Assembly (NCBI GenBank): GCA_024277375.1
Contig: JAJRVD010000025.1
Coordinates: 19,846 to 83,845, forward strand
Direction of reading: 5' to 3'
Source of the DNA: Candidatus Omnitrophota bacterium
GTDB lineage: Bacteria; Omnitrophota; Gorgyraeia; Tantalellales; Tantalellaceae
Length of the DNA stretch: 64,000 bases
The notes below the pieces were generated by a model that was not told the origin of the DNA, searched no databases, and saw only the letters and a program-made list of their open reading frames with translations. The position numbers and the translations under genes are program-made. Within the stretch, counting starts at the first letter, position 1; each line of letters begins with the position of its first letter. Shown here one piece after another: positions 11,948 to 21,806 of the stretch.

Positions 11948-12667
11948 CAAGCTAAATCTTTCCCCAAGGTATATCTCCCGGGCTTTAGGATCATTAATCA
12001 GTTCTTCCTTGGTTCCCGAGATGAGAATACGCCCTTCATACATGATGTATGACCTGTTCGTAATAGAAAGAGTTTCCCTCACATTATGATCCGTAAGAAG
12101 GATCCCCAGACCCATTTCTTTCAATTCACGTATAACTTCCTGGCAATCAAATACAGCTATAGGATCGATCCCGCTAAAAGGTTCATCCAATAAAATAAAC
12201 ATGGGGTTCGTAACCAGAGTTCTTGTGATCTCAAGCCTTCTTCTTTCTCCCCCTGAAAGTGTATACGCTTTATTTTTCCTGAGATGCGATATTTTCAACT
12301 GATCAAGCAACCTATCCAACTGGCTTTTCCTTTCCTTGCGGGGAAACCCCAATGTTTCCATGATCGCCATAATGTTTTCCTCAACCGTAAGTTTGCGAAA
12401 AATAGACGGCTCTTGTGACAGGTACCCTATCCCTGATCGCGCGCGTTGATGTATAGGCAGTTTCGTGATATCTTTCTGGTCAAAAATAACGTGTCCTCTA
12501 TCCGGTTTTATAATACCCGTAACCATGTAAAACGTTGTTGTCTTTCCGGCTCCGTTAGGGCCTAAAAGCCCTACCACCTCGCCTCTTCGAACATTTATGC
12601 TCACGCCTTTAACGACTCTTCTGCCGCCATATTGTTTGATTAGGTCTCTCGTCTCCAAAAGATGCAT
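11945..12667 (-). CDS. lptB: LPS export ABC ATPase
   Basis: GPNGAGKTT, LSGGERRRLEI, LDEPFSGIDP, TDHNVRETL. Confidence 0.96.
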   Translation of the reverse strand: MHLLETRDLIKQYGGRRVVKGVSINVRRGEVVGLLGPNGAGKTTTFYMVTGIIKPDRGHVIFDQKDITKLPIHQRARSGIGYLSQEPSIFRKLTVEENIMAIMETLGFPRKERKSQLDRLLDQLKISHLRKNKAYTLSGGERRRLEITRTLVTNPMFILLDEPFSGIDPIAVFDCQEVIRELKEMGLGILLTDHNVRETLSITNRSYIMYEGRILISGTKEELINDPKAREIYLGERFSL

Positions 12668-12678
12668 ATTTCTCCTTA

Positions 12679-13554
12679 TTATTGTCCCGCTATATCCGTT
12701 CCCTGAAACTCCTGAAGCTGTTCGGGCGCGATGATCACCCGGGGCTTACCTATGAGTTTAGCGCTTTTTGTGCTTTCGGTGTATATGGCCTTTTCACTGA
12801 TTGTATAGCTGTCGCCGCGCTTCACTTTTACATTGCCTTCCGCTTCGACTCTGGCAAGTTTCTGTGTTTCCCTATCAAAATAGACAACAAGTTTATCAGC
12901 GAACATCTGGCCATCTTTATCTGTTACCTTTACGTTTTCAAGAAAGACAGCCGTATTATCATCGTACCTGACTTCCATAGAACCGTCACACGTCACTATG
13001 GTGTTGGGCTCTATCACAACTTCAACATTTTGTTTTAATACTGCCCACTTCTCCTCGGAGTTCGCTACAGCACCGATACCAATCGCGACCATGCCTTCGC
13101 GTTCTACGCGCACTTTATCGGCAGTTGAGATCTCCTTGGTCAGCTGAGACCACTTGGCACTTTCAGTTATCAACACAGCCCCATCATCTGAAACAACCTC
13201 AACATTACCGATAAGCTCAACCTCTCCCTTTTCTTTACGGTAAATACCCTTGTCTGAAGTAAGATCGATCTTAGAATCATCTCCATAAGCCACTGCCTTC
13301 AGATCGTTCAGATATATGTCATCCCCTATAATTTCGGCTGAATTCCCCTCGAGATGCCACTGTTTTGCCCCCTTGGGACTTCGTCCGTCAATGACAAATG
13401 ACAACACCTTCTGCTCCAGGTCAGATCCGACTGCCGCGGAATCCCTCATAAGTGCTATTTCCGGAACACTCTGCCGGCCATATCGCACCTGATGGCTCCA
13501 CATCGCGGCCGCTATAGACGCTATTAACATTAACCATAAAAATCCTCTTCCCAT
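12679..13554 (-). CDS. LptC-like domain followed by an LptA/OstA-like domain (probable fusion)
   Basis: N-terminal TM helix, two beta-jellyroll-like halves (ELIGNVEV; VEAEGNVKV...LIGKPRV); directly upstream of lptB. Confidence 0.75.
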   Translation of the reverse strand: MGRGFLWLMLIASIAAAMWSHQVRYGRQSVPEIALMRDSAAVGSDLEQKVLSFVIDGRSPKGAKQWHLEGNSAEIIGDDIYLNDLKAVAYGDDSKIDLTSDKGIYRKEKGEVELIGNVEVVSDDGAVLITESAKWSQLTKEISTADKVRVEREGMVAIGIGAVANSEEKWAVLKQNVEVVIEPNTIVTCDGSMEVRYDDNTAVFLENVKVTDKDGQMFADKLVVYFDRETQKLARVEAEGNVKVKRGDSYTISEKAIYTESTKSAKLIGKPRVIIAPEQLQEFQGTDIAGQ

Positions 13555-13555
13555 G

Positions 13556-14446
13556 TTATACCTTTTTTGTTTTCCACCTATTGTGAATCCATACCCACTG
13601 GTCCGGATATTCTTTTACGTATCTTTCGAGAACATCCGTCCATTCCTGCGTATACTTTCTTACATTGTCTTCCTTGTCGCCTTCCCGCGACAAAACAATA
13701 GGTTTTTCTACGACAAATTTATACGTATTATCGGCCTTACGTATCATAAACGCCGGAAGGATATCAACGCCGGCAATCATCCCTATCTTAACCGGACCCG
13801 TAGGCGTATACGCGTCTTTGCCGAAAAATTTTACAAATACACCTTCCACGCTCTCAACATCCTGATCGGCTAACATCCCTAAGATCTGACCATCCTTAAG
13901 AGCTCTGAACATCTTTTTCGGGCTTTCATCCCTATACACAAGGTTAGCGCCAAAACGTTTACGTATACCAACGATCATTTGATCGTACTTATGAAAATAT
14001 ATCCTTTTCGCGATTATTGTTCCTCTATACCCCATCGAATGTGTATACGCGGACAACAGCTCCCAGTTCCCGAAATGAGAGACCATAACAATGACACCCT
14101 TACCTCCTTCCAATGCTCTATCCAGGTTCTCAAGGCCGCTCGTCTCTGTCACAAGACCGATCACATCTTTTTTGTCCATAGACATTAGCTTTAACCAATC
14201 CACACCGATCATGGCCATGTTCCTGAACACATCTCTTGCCAGCTTGACGTTTTCTTCGTGGCGGCCTTCAAAAACACTGTCTAAATTGGATATCGCGATA
14301 TTTCGATACTTTCCCAACAGCATAAACGCGGCTTTCCCTAAAAGATCAGCTATGAACAAACTGATGTTTCTTGGTATCAGCCGCGAGATGTAAAGAAACA
14401 ATTTTAACGCGTAATAGATGTAATACCGTCTGGTCTTGATCTTCAT
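13556..14446 (-). CDS. Lipid A lauroyl/acyltransferase (LpxL/HtrB family)
   Basis: HFGNWE, LADQD, YPDQWVWIHNRWK. Confidence 0.9.
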   Translation of the reverse strand: MKIKTRRYYIYYALKLFLYISRLIPRNISLFIADLLGKAAFMLLGKYRNIAISNLDSVFEGRHEENVKLARDVFRNMAMIGVDWLKLMSMDKKDVIGLVTETSGLENLDRALEGGKGVIVMVSHFGNWELLSAYTHSMGYRGTIIAKRIYFHKYDQMIVGIRKRFGANLVYRDESPKKMFRALKDGQILGMLADQDVESVEGVFVKFFGKDAYTPTGPVKIGMIAGVDILPAFMIRKADNTYKFVVEKPIVLSREGDKEDNVRKYTQEWTDVLERYVKEYPDQWVWIHNRWKTKKV

Positions 14447-14835
14447 CTTGTATATTCCGCTTCTACCGTCGTTGTTATCCCACCACGGACATTAAACACG
14501 CCGGTCACTTTCATCATACGAGGTTCAACGGCTTTAACCAAGTCCTCAAGCAGTCTATTGACCACATGTTCGTGAAAAATGCCACAACTTCTGTAAGCAA
14601 CAAGATATTCCTTAAAAGACTTAAGCTCAATACAATTTTTGTCAGGCGAATATTCTATAAAAATACGCGCGAAGTCAGGCAATCCCGTCTTAGGACATAT
14701 ACAACTGAATTCCCCGGTATCAAATTTAATGAGGTATTCTTTGTCCTGATATTTGTTTTCCCAAACCTCTATTTCGGGAAGTTCTAATCCCCTTACGTCT
14801 TCCTGCAAACTCTCATAACTCGACTTATTGTCCAT
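14443..14835 (-). CDS. queF: PreQ0 reductase QueF (start adjusted to MDNK)
   Basis: EFSCICPKTGLPDFA, ELKSFKEY, FHEH, RGGI. Confidence 0.95.
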   Translation of the reverse strand: MDNKSSYESLQEDVRGLELPEIEVWENKYQDKEYLIKFDTGEFSCICPKTGLPDFARIFIEYSPDKNCIELKSFKEYLVAYRSCGIFHEHVVNRLLEDLVKAVEPRMMKVTGVFNVRGGITTTVEAEYTR

Positions 14836-14863
14836 TCCTGTTCCTTTTTTCTTCTTCGTCATT

Positions 14864-14982
14864 CAGGCTGTGTCATAATGTACGGGCTTGATTCATCAAG
14901 CCCGTTATATCGGGTTCGATAAATCGAACCCCTACCGTATATAGTATGCGGCCACCCGCAAAACGAACTACGATACAGCCTG
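14864..14982 (+). mobile_element. Full-length 119-bp element A with ATT duplication, inserted in a GTCATTGCG...ATCTC repeat
   Basis: GTC-ATT[CAGGCTGTGTCAT...CGATACAGCCTG]ATT-GCGCGGGAGCACAGCAACCGAAGCCATCTC. Confidence 0.85.
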
Positions 14983-15075
14983 ATTGCGCGGGAGCACAGC
15001 AACCGAAGCCATCTCTACATAAGATCCTTCGACCATGCAACTTACGTCACTTCGTTCCGTAAGTTGCGGTCTCAC

Positions 15076-15762
15076 TTACCTTATCCCCAAATACTTATGC
15101 ATCTGCCCGAGTATGGTAACATTCTTGCACGTCTCATTTTCCAGAAACTTCTTAAAATACGAGAGCATCTCTTCATCCGGAGCGGCGATATCAGCGACAG
15201 GTGTTACCGGCTGCAAAATGATGGAAAAGTCATTCTCCACCTCTCTGAGCACACATGGTATATGTTTAATGTCGTCCATCACGGTAGTATCCGTTACTAT
15301 AGCCTTAATTATCAACTCTTTTCGACCGGCGATACGGACGAATTTTTCATGCCGAGGCCAAAGATCTTCCGCGCATCCTGTGGAGGAAGGCAATTTCAGA
15401 TCCATCGCCACTATATCCACATAATCTATTACTTCGCTAAGCGCGTCGGGAAGCGTCCCGTTTGTTTCCAGATAGACCCTGTGTTTTCGGTGTTTTCTAA
15501 AAAAAGGTAAAAATCCTTTAAGGAATTCCGCATAAAGCAAAGGCTCGCCGCCGGTAAGAACCAGCTCATTATAATTATCGCCAAAGTCCAGAACGTTCCC
15601 CAATAACGTTTCGGCGGAAAACGATTTATAGCTCTCAAGAGTTGTATCACAAAAATCGCAGCTAAGATTACATTCAAAAAAACGCAAAAACAACTGGCGG
15701 CTCCCCGCGAAAGGACCCTCACCTTGATGTGATAAAAATATTTCTGAAACTTTTGCCTGCAT
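15076..15762 (-). CDS. queE: 7-carboxy-7-deazaguanine synthase, radical SAM (start adjusted to MQAKV)
   Basis: QGEG, CNLSCDFCDT, TGGEP, LETNG; within the que cluster. Confidence 0.93.
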   Translation of the reverse strand: MQAKVSEIFLSHQGEGPFAGSRQLFLRFFECNLSCDFCDTTLESYKSFSAETLLGNVLDFGDNYNELVLTGGEPLLYAEFLKGFLPFFRKHRKHRVYLETNGTLPDALSEVIDYVDIVAMDLKLPSSTGCAEDLWPRHEKFVRIAGRKELIIKAIVTDTTVMDDIKHIPCVLREVENDFSIILQPVTPVADIAAPDEEMLSYFKKFLENETCKNVTILGQMHKYLGIR

Positions 15763-15772
15763 AATGCTCCGG

Positions 15773-16441
15773 TTATAGGTTTTTAGCTGTAAGCGGATCC
15801 TCAATTCCCGCCTCACCAAACGCTTTCGAGCGAAGAAGACAAGATTCGCATATTCCGCAAGGCTTATCGCCATCAATATAACATGACCACGTATTCCCGA
15901 AAGGAACACCCAGGTTAGATCCTATTTCAATTATTTCTTTCTTCGTCTTGTTTATGATCGGGGTTTCTATCTTTATCCCGCGCCCCCGGGTACCTTTTTT
16001 AGTCCCCCTGCGAACTGACTCCTGAAAACTTTCAAAAAATTCACCCCGACAATCGGGATAATTAGAATAGTCCAGCTGATGCGCCCCGATGAACACGGCA
16101 TCCGCGTCAATAGCCTCCGCGAACGACGTCCCAAAACTCAACATTATAATGTTCCGGGACGGAACGTATGTAGCCGGGATCGCGCCCCCGGCGCTGGCGG
16201 AACCTTCAGGAACAGCCTCCGCTTCGTCCAACAAAGCGCTTCCCTTCCACGGCAACGATATCTCTAACACATAAAACGGGGCTTTTGAGACCTCGGCGAT
16301 TTTTTTAGCGCATTTGATCTCACTTGCGGCTTTTTGCCCATAATCGAATATCAGACAATGACATTCATAGGTTTCTTTTGCCATATAAAGTGTAACCGCC
16401 GAATCCATCCCCCCGGATAATAATACGATAGCTTTTTTCAT
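15773..16441 (-). CDS. queC: 7-cyano-7-deazaguanine synthase
   Basis: LSGGMDS, TYVPSRN, YPDCR, TWSCY...CGICESC. Confidence 0.96.
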   Translation of the reverse strand: MKKAIVLLSGGMDSAVTLYMAKETYECHCLIFDYGQKAASEIKCAKKIAEVSKAPFYVLEISLPWKGSALLDEAEAVPEGSASAGGAIPATYVPSRNIIMLSFGTSFAEAIDADAVFIGAHQLDYSNYPDCRGEFFESFQESVRRGTKKGTRGRGIKIETPIINKTKKEIIEIGSNLGVPFGNTWSCYIDGDKPCGICESCLLRSKAFGEAGIEDPLTAKNL

Positions 16442-16476
16442 TAGCTCCTTACAAAAGAAATAAGATGCAAGATGAC

Positions 16477-16547
16477 GTAGGAGCCGCCTCCGGCGGCGAA
16501 TTGATGAATTGTTCGCGGCCCATCGCCGAAGGCGAGGCCGCTCCTAC
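16477..16547. repeat. Inverted doublet of a second GTAG REP family (GTAGGAGC...)
   Basis: GTAGGAGCCGCCTCCGGCGGCGAA...TTCGCGGCC...GGCCGCTCCTAC; single relatives at 41614, 48468 and 61351-61384. Confidence 0.7.
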
Positions 16548-16583
16548 GAACTTTTCGCAAATGATCTTTACCTCTCTACTTCT

Positions 16584-16958
16584 TTATCTCTTGCTGTACG
16601 TCGCTGCCGACGAATCCGTTTCCCAAACCGTAACTTCCTTGATATTTATTCCGGACAGTTTTTCGGCTGCTCTCTCATATATAAACCGGGCTATATTCTC
16701 AGATGTCGGGTTAATTTCCTTAAAATCATCTAACTCATTCAAATATTTATGGTCTAACCTTTCTAAAATACCTTTCAAAATACCTTTTAGCTCGGTAAAA
16801 TCCGCCACCATACCCGTCTTATCAAGATCTTCGGAAGATGCCGAGAGCTCTACGTGCCAATTATGGCCGTGCAGTGCCTCACATTTACCTTTATACCCTC
16901 TCAGGTTATGTGCACTACTAAATCGTAATTTGACTTTAACTGTATACATATTATTCAA
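16584..16958 (-). CDS. queD: 6-carboxytetrahydropterin synthase
   Basis: FSSAHNL, CEALHGHNW, NPTSENIA, VWET. Confidence 0.95.
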   Translation of the reverse strand: MNNMYTVKVKLRFSSAHNLRGYKGKCEALHGHNWHVELSASSEDLDKTGMVADFTELKGILKGILERLDHKYLNELDDFKEINPTSENIARFIYERAAEKLSGINIKEVTVWETDSSAATYSKR

Positions 16959-17487
16959 AGTAGCAGGCCATTATCTCGTCCCATATACCTTGGGCTTTCA
17001 TAAGAAGGTCACAAACCTCTCTTACCGCGCCGCGACCACCGTTTTTTTTGGTAAGAACGTGCGCGAACGGTTTAACATCATCCATAGCGTTAGGGGGACA
17101 TACCGCCAACCCCACTCTTTTCAAGACCGGAATATCTATGAGGTCATCTCCTACAAAACAGATCTCTTCATCATTGACTCTGAATTTTCTTTTGATCTTA
17201 TGTAACGCTTTGATCTTATAATGAAAATTATGGTAAACCTTGTCTATGCCCAGGTCTTTTGCGCGTTTAGTAACAACACGAGAACCTTTTGCTGTAAGTA
17301 TCACACATTTCATTTTGGAACGTTTTAAAAGTATTATGCCCAGCCCGTCGTTTACGTCAAAATTCTTTATCTCGTCCCCATAATTCCCATATATAATTCT
17401 GCCGTCGGTAAGCACTCCATCAACATCAAGAACAAGAACCTTTATTTTTTTTGCTCGCTCTAAAATTTCCAGTGGATATTCAGTCAT
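16951..17487 (-). CDS. kdsC: KDO 8-phosphate phosphatase (start adjusted to MTEY)
   Basis: DVDGVLTDG, GDDLID, GGRGAVRE. Confidence 0.93.
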   Translation of the reverse strand: MTEYPLEILERAKKIKVLVLDVDGVLTDGRIIYGNYGDEIKNFDVNDGLGIILLKRSKMKCVILTAKGSRVVTKRAKDLGIDKVYHNFHYKIKALHKIKRKFRVNDEEICFVGDDLIDIPVLKRVGLAVCPPNAMDDVKPFAHVLTKKNGGRGAVREVCDLLMKAQGIWDEIMACYFE

Positions 17488-17513
17488 ATTATTCCTTTCT
17501 TGTTTTTTATGTT

Positions 17514-17541
17514 GTAGAGGCACGGCATGCCGCGCCCCTAC
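17514..17541. repeat. 28-bp GTAG-type REP palindrome
   Basis: GTAGAGGCACGGCATGCCGCGCCCCTAC. Confidence 0.78.
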
Positions 17542-17544
17542 AGC

Positions 17545-18516
17545 CTAGACCAATCCCGCTTTAAGAATATCCTGAACGTCAAGCAATCCTGCCGGTTTTC
17601 CTTTTTTATCCACAACGGGAATTTCATCAATATTTTTATCTCTAAGAACCTCAAAAGCTTCAGCAGCCAAACGTTCACCGGTGATCGACACGGGATTTTT
17701 CGTCATAACATCTTTGACCTTTTCATCCATAAAGGCCGCGCCTTTCTCAAAATGTCTTCTGAGGTCGCCGTCAGTGAATATACCGATCAATTTACCCTTA
17801 TCATCCACAACGCTTGCGCTGCCCGCGCGCATTTTTGTTATCTTAAGAAGAACATCCTTTATCCTGACATTCTGTTTTACGATCGCTGTTTTGGATTTTG
17901 GACGCATAATATCTTCAACTCGGAGCAACAGTCGTTTCCCCAACGCGCCACCGGGATGGAACAAAGCGAAATCTTTAGGTTGAAATTTCTTCTTTTCAAG
18001 AAGAGCGACAGCCAAAGCATCACCTAACGCCAGCATAGCGGTCGTGGATGTTGTCGGAGCAAGACCCAGTGGACAAGCTTCCTCGGCCACTGAACTATCA
18101 ATAACATAATCGCTATTAATCGCGAGGATAGATTTCTTATTGCCTGTAATCGCGATAAGTTTGGCACCTATCTTCTTAATGATCGGCAACAACTTAATGA
18201 CTTCTTCTGTCTCCCCGCTATTGGAAAAAGCGACAATAGCATCCCGGGATGTAACTCTGCCCAAGTCTCCGTGAAGAGCCTCGGCCGGATGCAAATAGAG
18301 CGATGGAGTCCCAGTCGAAGACATTGTCGCTGAAACCTTCTGCGCGATAAAGCCGGGTTTTCCCATGCCGGTCACTATAATGCGTCCGGTGGTTTCAGAC
18401 AACAGGTTCACTATTTTCTCAAAAGTACCATCGATCCTGTTCGCGAGAACGGCTATTGCTTTACTTTCATTAAGCAGTACCCTTTTAGCTCTTACTTTAG
18501 CGCTCAAAGACTTCAT
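17545..18516 (-). CDS. kdsD: Arabinose-5-phosphate isomerase (SIS plus two CBS domains)
   Basis: HPAEALHGDLG, APTTSTT, HPGGALG, TDGDLRR. Confidence 0.95.
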   Translation of the reverse strand: MKSLSAKVRAKRVLLNESKAIAVLANRIDGTFEKIVNLLSETTGRIIVTGMGKPGFIAQKVSATMSSTGTPSLYLHPAEALHGDLGRVTSRDAIVAFSNSGETEEVIKLLPIIKKIGAKLIAITGNKKSILAINSDYVIDSSVAEEACPLGLAPTTSTTAMLALGDALAVALLEKKKFQPKDFALFHPGGALGKRLLLRVEDIMRPKSKTAIVKQNVRIKDVLLKITKMRAGSASVVDDKGKLIGIFTDGDLRRHFEKGAAFMDEKVKDVMTKNPVSITGERLAAEAFEVLRDKNIDEIPVVDKKGKPAGLLDVQDILKAGLV

Positions 18517-19340
18517 AATTCTCTTACCGCCTTCTCTACCTTTTTAACTTCCTTAAGAAAATTTTCGAGATCACTTAACTTTAACATATTCGGCCCATCA
18601 CTCTTGGCAATATCAGGATCTTCATGTACTTCTATAAAAAGCGCGTCGCATCCGACAGCTACAGCCGCCTTAGACAAGGGTAATACGTACCGTGATTCAC
18701 CGTCCGAGACAGTTCCCTTGCCTCCCGGCATCTGCACCGAATGGGTGGCATCATAAACCACCGGATACCCCGTCTCGCCCATTATGACCATCCCTCTGAA
18801 ATCATTAATGAGCATATTATATCCGAATGTGGTTCCTCTTTCCGTAAGCAATATATTCTCATTGCCGGATGAGACGATCTTAGAAACAACGTTATCCATT
18901 TCCTTTGGCGACATGAATTGCCCTTTTTTCACGTTAACGACCTTTCCGGTAGCTGCCGCCGCTAAGAGCAGATCCGTCTGTCTGCATAAAAACGCGGGAA
19001 TCTGTATTATGTCCAGAATTTCCGCGGCCGGACTTACTTCGCTCGTACAATGCACATCACTTACAACGGGTACACCTAGCTCATCCCTGATAGTTTTAAG
19101 TATCTCGAGTCCTTTTTCCAATCCCGGCCCCCGGAAAGATTCTTTAGAACTCCTATTCGCTTTGTCATAGCTGGATTTAAAAATGAAAGGTATTTCCATT
19201 TTATCTGCAATTTCTTTTATGTTTTTGGCATGCTCAAGCGCGCTCTCTCTCGACTCAATAACACATGGCCCGGCCATCAGAACAAGCGGGTTTCCGGCAC
19301 CTATTGTTATCTTCCCGACTTTCACGATTTTATTCTTCAT
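18513..19340 (-). CDS. kdsA: KDO 8-phosphate synthase (start adjusted to MKNK)
   Basis: AGPCVIES, KSSYDKANRSS, KKGQF, DATHSVQ. Confidence 0.96.
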   Translation of the reverse strand: MKNKIVKVGKITIGAGNPLVLMAGPCVIESRESALEHAKNIKEIADKMEIPFIFKSSYDKANRSSKESFRGPGLEKGLEILKTIRDELGVPVVSDVHCTSEVSPAAEILDIIQIPAFLCRQTDLLLAAAATGKVVNVKKGQFMSPKEMDNVVSKIVSSGNENILLTERGTTFGYNMLINDFRGMVIMGETGYPVVYDATHSVQMPGGKGTVSDGESRYVLPLSKAAVAVGCDALFIEVHEDPDIAKSDGPNMLKLSDLENFLKEVKKVEKAVREL

Positions 19341-19353
19341 GGTTTTCACTCTT

Positions 19354-20139
19354 TCAATTGACCTTTTGCGGTTCGCTTTCTCCATTCAATATAGCTTTTA
19401 CTTTTTCCAAGTCATCCGGGGTGTCGACCCCTATCGTATCGTATCTTGTTTCAATGGTCCTTATCTTGTATCCATGCTCGAGAACTCGCAACTGTTCTAA
19501 TTTTTCTTCATCCTCAAGCGTAGACTTAGGAAGGTTAGTAAAGACTCTCAGAAAATCCTTCGTATACGCGTACAACCCGATATGTTTAAAATACCTGGCA
19601 CTGGCATCATCGAGTTCCTCCCCACTTGAGATCGTCTCTTCCCCATCTCTTCTTAAATACGGGATCGGACTTCTCGAAAAATATAGCGCGAACCCTTTCC
19701 TGTCCACAACCACTTTCACAATATTAGGATTAGCTATTTCTTCTTTTTCATGTATCCTTTTTATTAGTGTCGCCATCTGTACATTTTTTTCATATTCAAA
19801 AACTTGCGCTAATTCGTCTATCATTGAAGGCTGCACCAATGGTTCGTCAGCCTGAATATTTATAACCACATCCACATCCACATCTTTAACAGCTTCCGCT
19901 AACCTATCGGTTCCCGAAGGATGTTCGGGAGAAGTCATAACCGCCCTGCCGCCAAAAGATTCAACCGCCTTAAAAACTCGTTCTTTGTCTACCGCTACGA
20001 TCACATCATCAATATTCTGAGCCTGTTTGACTCTTTCCCATACATACTGGACCATGGATTTACCGTTTATGTCCGCCAACACCTTTCCTTTGAATCTGGT
20101 AGATTGCCATCTGGCGGGGATTACCGCGAGAACTTTCAT
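19354..20139 (-). CDS. kdsB: CMP-KDO synthetase
   Basis: IPARWQSTRF, SGTDR, LYFSRSPIP, EKLEQLR. Confidence 0.96.
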   Translation of the reverse strand: MKVLAVIPARWQSTRFKGKVLADINGKSMVQYVWERVKQAQNIDDVIVAVDKERVFKAVESFGGRAVMTSPEHPSGTDRLAEAVKDVDVDVVINIQADEPLVQPSMIDELAQVFEYEKNVQMATLIKRIHEKEEIANPNIVKVVVDRKGFALYFSRSPIPYLRRDGEETISSGEELDDASARYFKHIGLYAYTKDFLRVFTNLPKSTLEDEEKLEQLRVLEHGYKIRTIETRYDTIGVDTPDDLEKVKAILNGESEPQKVN

Positions 20140-21146
20140 ATCTTCCCCTTTCCTATTACCTGCTTTATCCTTCCCAATAGCTCGGCGGGCTCAACAACCG
20201 CGACCCCGGCCTTACCAACCACGATACCGGCTGCGCAATTTGAAATATGCGCGGCCACGATCGGGGAAGCGCCACTTATCACCGACAACGTATATACAGC
20301 TATAACAGTATCTCCGGCACCGGAAACGTCAAACACCTCCTGCGCCGTCGTAGGTATTTTGCAAGGCTTTTTCCCTTTCACGAAAACCATCATACCTTCT
20401 TCACCGAGAGTTACAAGCACGACTTCGGCTTTAAGTTTCTTACGAAGCGCCTCTCCGGCCTTTTTGAGCTTAGCGTCATTATTAAGCAAAACACCTACAG
20501 CCCGGCCGGCTTCATGATGGTTGGGGGTTATCACATTAACGTTCGTATAGTAATCAAAATGACTTTCTTTCGGGTCTACCGATACGATCTTACCGTATCT
20601 CTTTGCCATTCGAACAGTTTCCTTTATCAACAAGGGTGTAATAAGACCCTTCCCATAGTCTTCAATTATGACGCCATCAACCGCCTTTATATTCTGTTTT
20701 ATGTACTCTTTTATCTTATTTGAAATATTCACAGGGATAGGCTCAACTTCTTCCTTATCAATGCGAAGCACCTGTTGGTTGTGCCCGGCAAAAACACGAG
20801 TCTTAAGGATCGTGGGCCTTTTTTTGTATTCAAAAATACCGTTTGTTATTATGTTTTTTTCTTCGAGCCGCTCTTTAAGGATATCCGCTTTATCATCGCC
20901 CCCGACAACTCCGACCAAAGACACTTCCGCCCCTAAAGCCGTAAGATTACTCGCGACATTACAAGCTCCTCCGGGCATATACTTAAGCTCTTTCTGCCAG
21001 ACAACGGGCACGGGAGCTTCAGGAGAAATACGTGTAACTTCCCCTCTGATGATCCGATCAAGCAAGAGATCCCCAATTACCATAATTTTCTTCCTGGAAA
21101 AGCTCTTTACCGTATTTGACAAAGTGGCATACTTATATCGCTTCAC
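20136..21146 (-). CDS. rfaE1: D-glycero-D-manno-heptose-7-phosphate kinase (stand-alone HldE/RfaE domain I; GTG start after GGGGAG RBS)
   Basis: RISPEAPVPVV, DYGKG, VFDVSGAGDTV. Confidence 0.92.
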   Translation of the reverse strand: MKRYKYATLSNTVKSFSRKKIMVIGDLLLDRIIRGEVTRISPEAPVPVVWQKELKYMPGGACNVASNLTALGAEVSLVGVVGGDDKADILKERLEEKNIITNGIFEYKKRPTILKTRVFAGHNQQVLRIDKEEVEPIPVNISNKIKEYIKQNIKAVDGVIIEDYGKGLITPLLIKETVRMAKRYGKIVSVDPKESHFDYYTNVNVITPNHHEAGRAVGVLLNNDAKLKKAGEALRKKLKAEVVLVTLGEEGMMVFVKGKKPCKIPTTAQEVFDVSGAGDTVIAVYTLSVISGASPIVAAHISNCAAGIVVGKAGVAVVEPAELLGRIKQVIGKGKI

Positions 21147-21175
21147 TAATGACTCCCCTGTTATTACATATTCAA

Positions 21176-21351
21176 GGATCCTGCAAAATGAAATTTTCGT
21201 CATTCGGACTGTGTCGTAATTCGTTTAGCGGATAGCCGCATAAAATATATCGTAGGGGTTCGATTTATCGAACCCGATATAGCGGGCTTGATGAATCAAG
21301 CCCCTACATCATGGTACAGTCAGATTTAAAAAACAGCGTTTTGCATAAGCC
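21176..21351 (-). mobile_element. Composite B[A] element, reverse orientation; A at 21205-21323 (119 bp, ATT duplication)
   Basis: GGATCCTGCAAAA...GTC-ATT[A]ATT...TTTTGCATAAGCC; ATTACATATT on both flanks. Confidence 0.85.
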
Positions 21352-21366
21352 TAATTACATATTTCC

Positions 21367-21394
21367 GGCAGGGCGTATCGCAACACGCCCCTAC
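21367..21394. repeat. Degenerate 28-bp GTAG-type REP palindrome
   Basis: GGCAGGGCGTATCGCAACACGCCCCTAC. Confidence 0.65.
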
Positions 21395-21399
21395 CCAAA

Positions 21400-21729
21400 T
21401 TAAAGTTGAGCGTCGATCTTAGAAACAATATCGTTTTTCGGTACTACGCCCACCATTTTCTCAGCTACTTCCCCACCTTTGAAGATGATCAAACTGGGTA
21501 TGTTCATAATACCGTATTCAGACGCCGTTTTCTGTCCCTCTTCAACGTTCAGCTTACATACCTTAAGTTTACCGTTATATTCCTGAGCTAATTCACCGAT
21601 CGTAGGCGCTATCATGCGACATGGTCCACACCATTCCGCCCAGAAGTCTACCAATACCGGCAGTTCTGATTCCAAAACTTCCTGTTTGAAATTTTCATCA
21701 TTTACCTTGATCTCTAATTCTTCGCTCAT
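21400..21729 (-). CDS. trxA: Thioredoxin
   Basis: VDFWAEWCGPC. Confidence 0.96.
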   Translation of the reverse strand: MSEELEIKVNDENFKQEVLESELPVLVDFWAEWCGPCRMIAPTIGELAQEYNGKLKVCKLNVEEGQKTASEYGIMNIPSLIIFKGGEVAEKMVGVVPKNDIVSKIDAQL

Positions 21730-21806
21730 AGCTCCCCCCCCTAATAATATATATTATTCAGCCTATTATTATATGCTTTTTTTTTAAGTACGTAAAGGGG
21801 CTAGTC

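Noticed and set aside
14443-16958. queCDEF as a 7-deazaguanine DNA-modification (dpd) defence island
   Set aside because: queF is present (tRNA queuosine route) and no dpdA/tgtA5 or restriction genes are nearby
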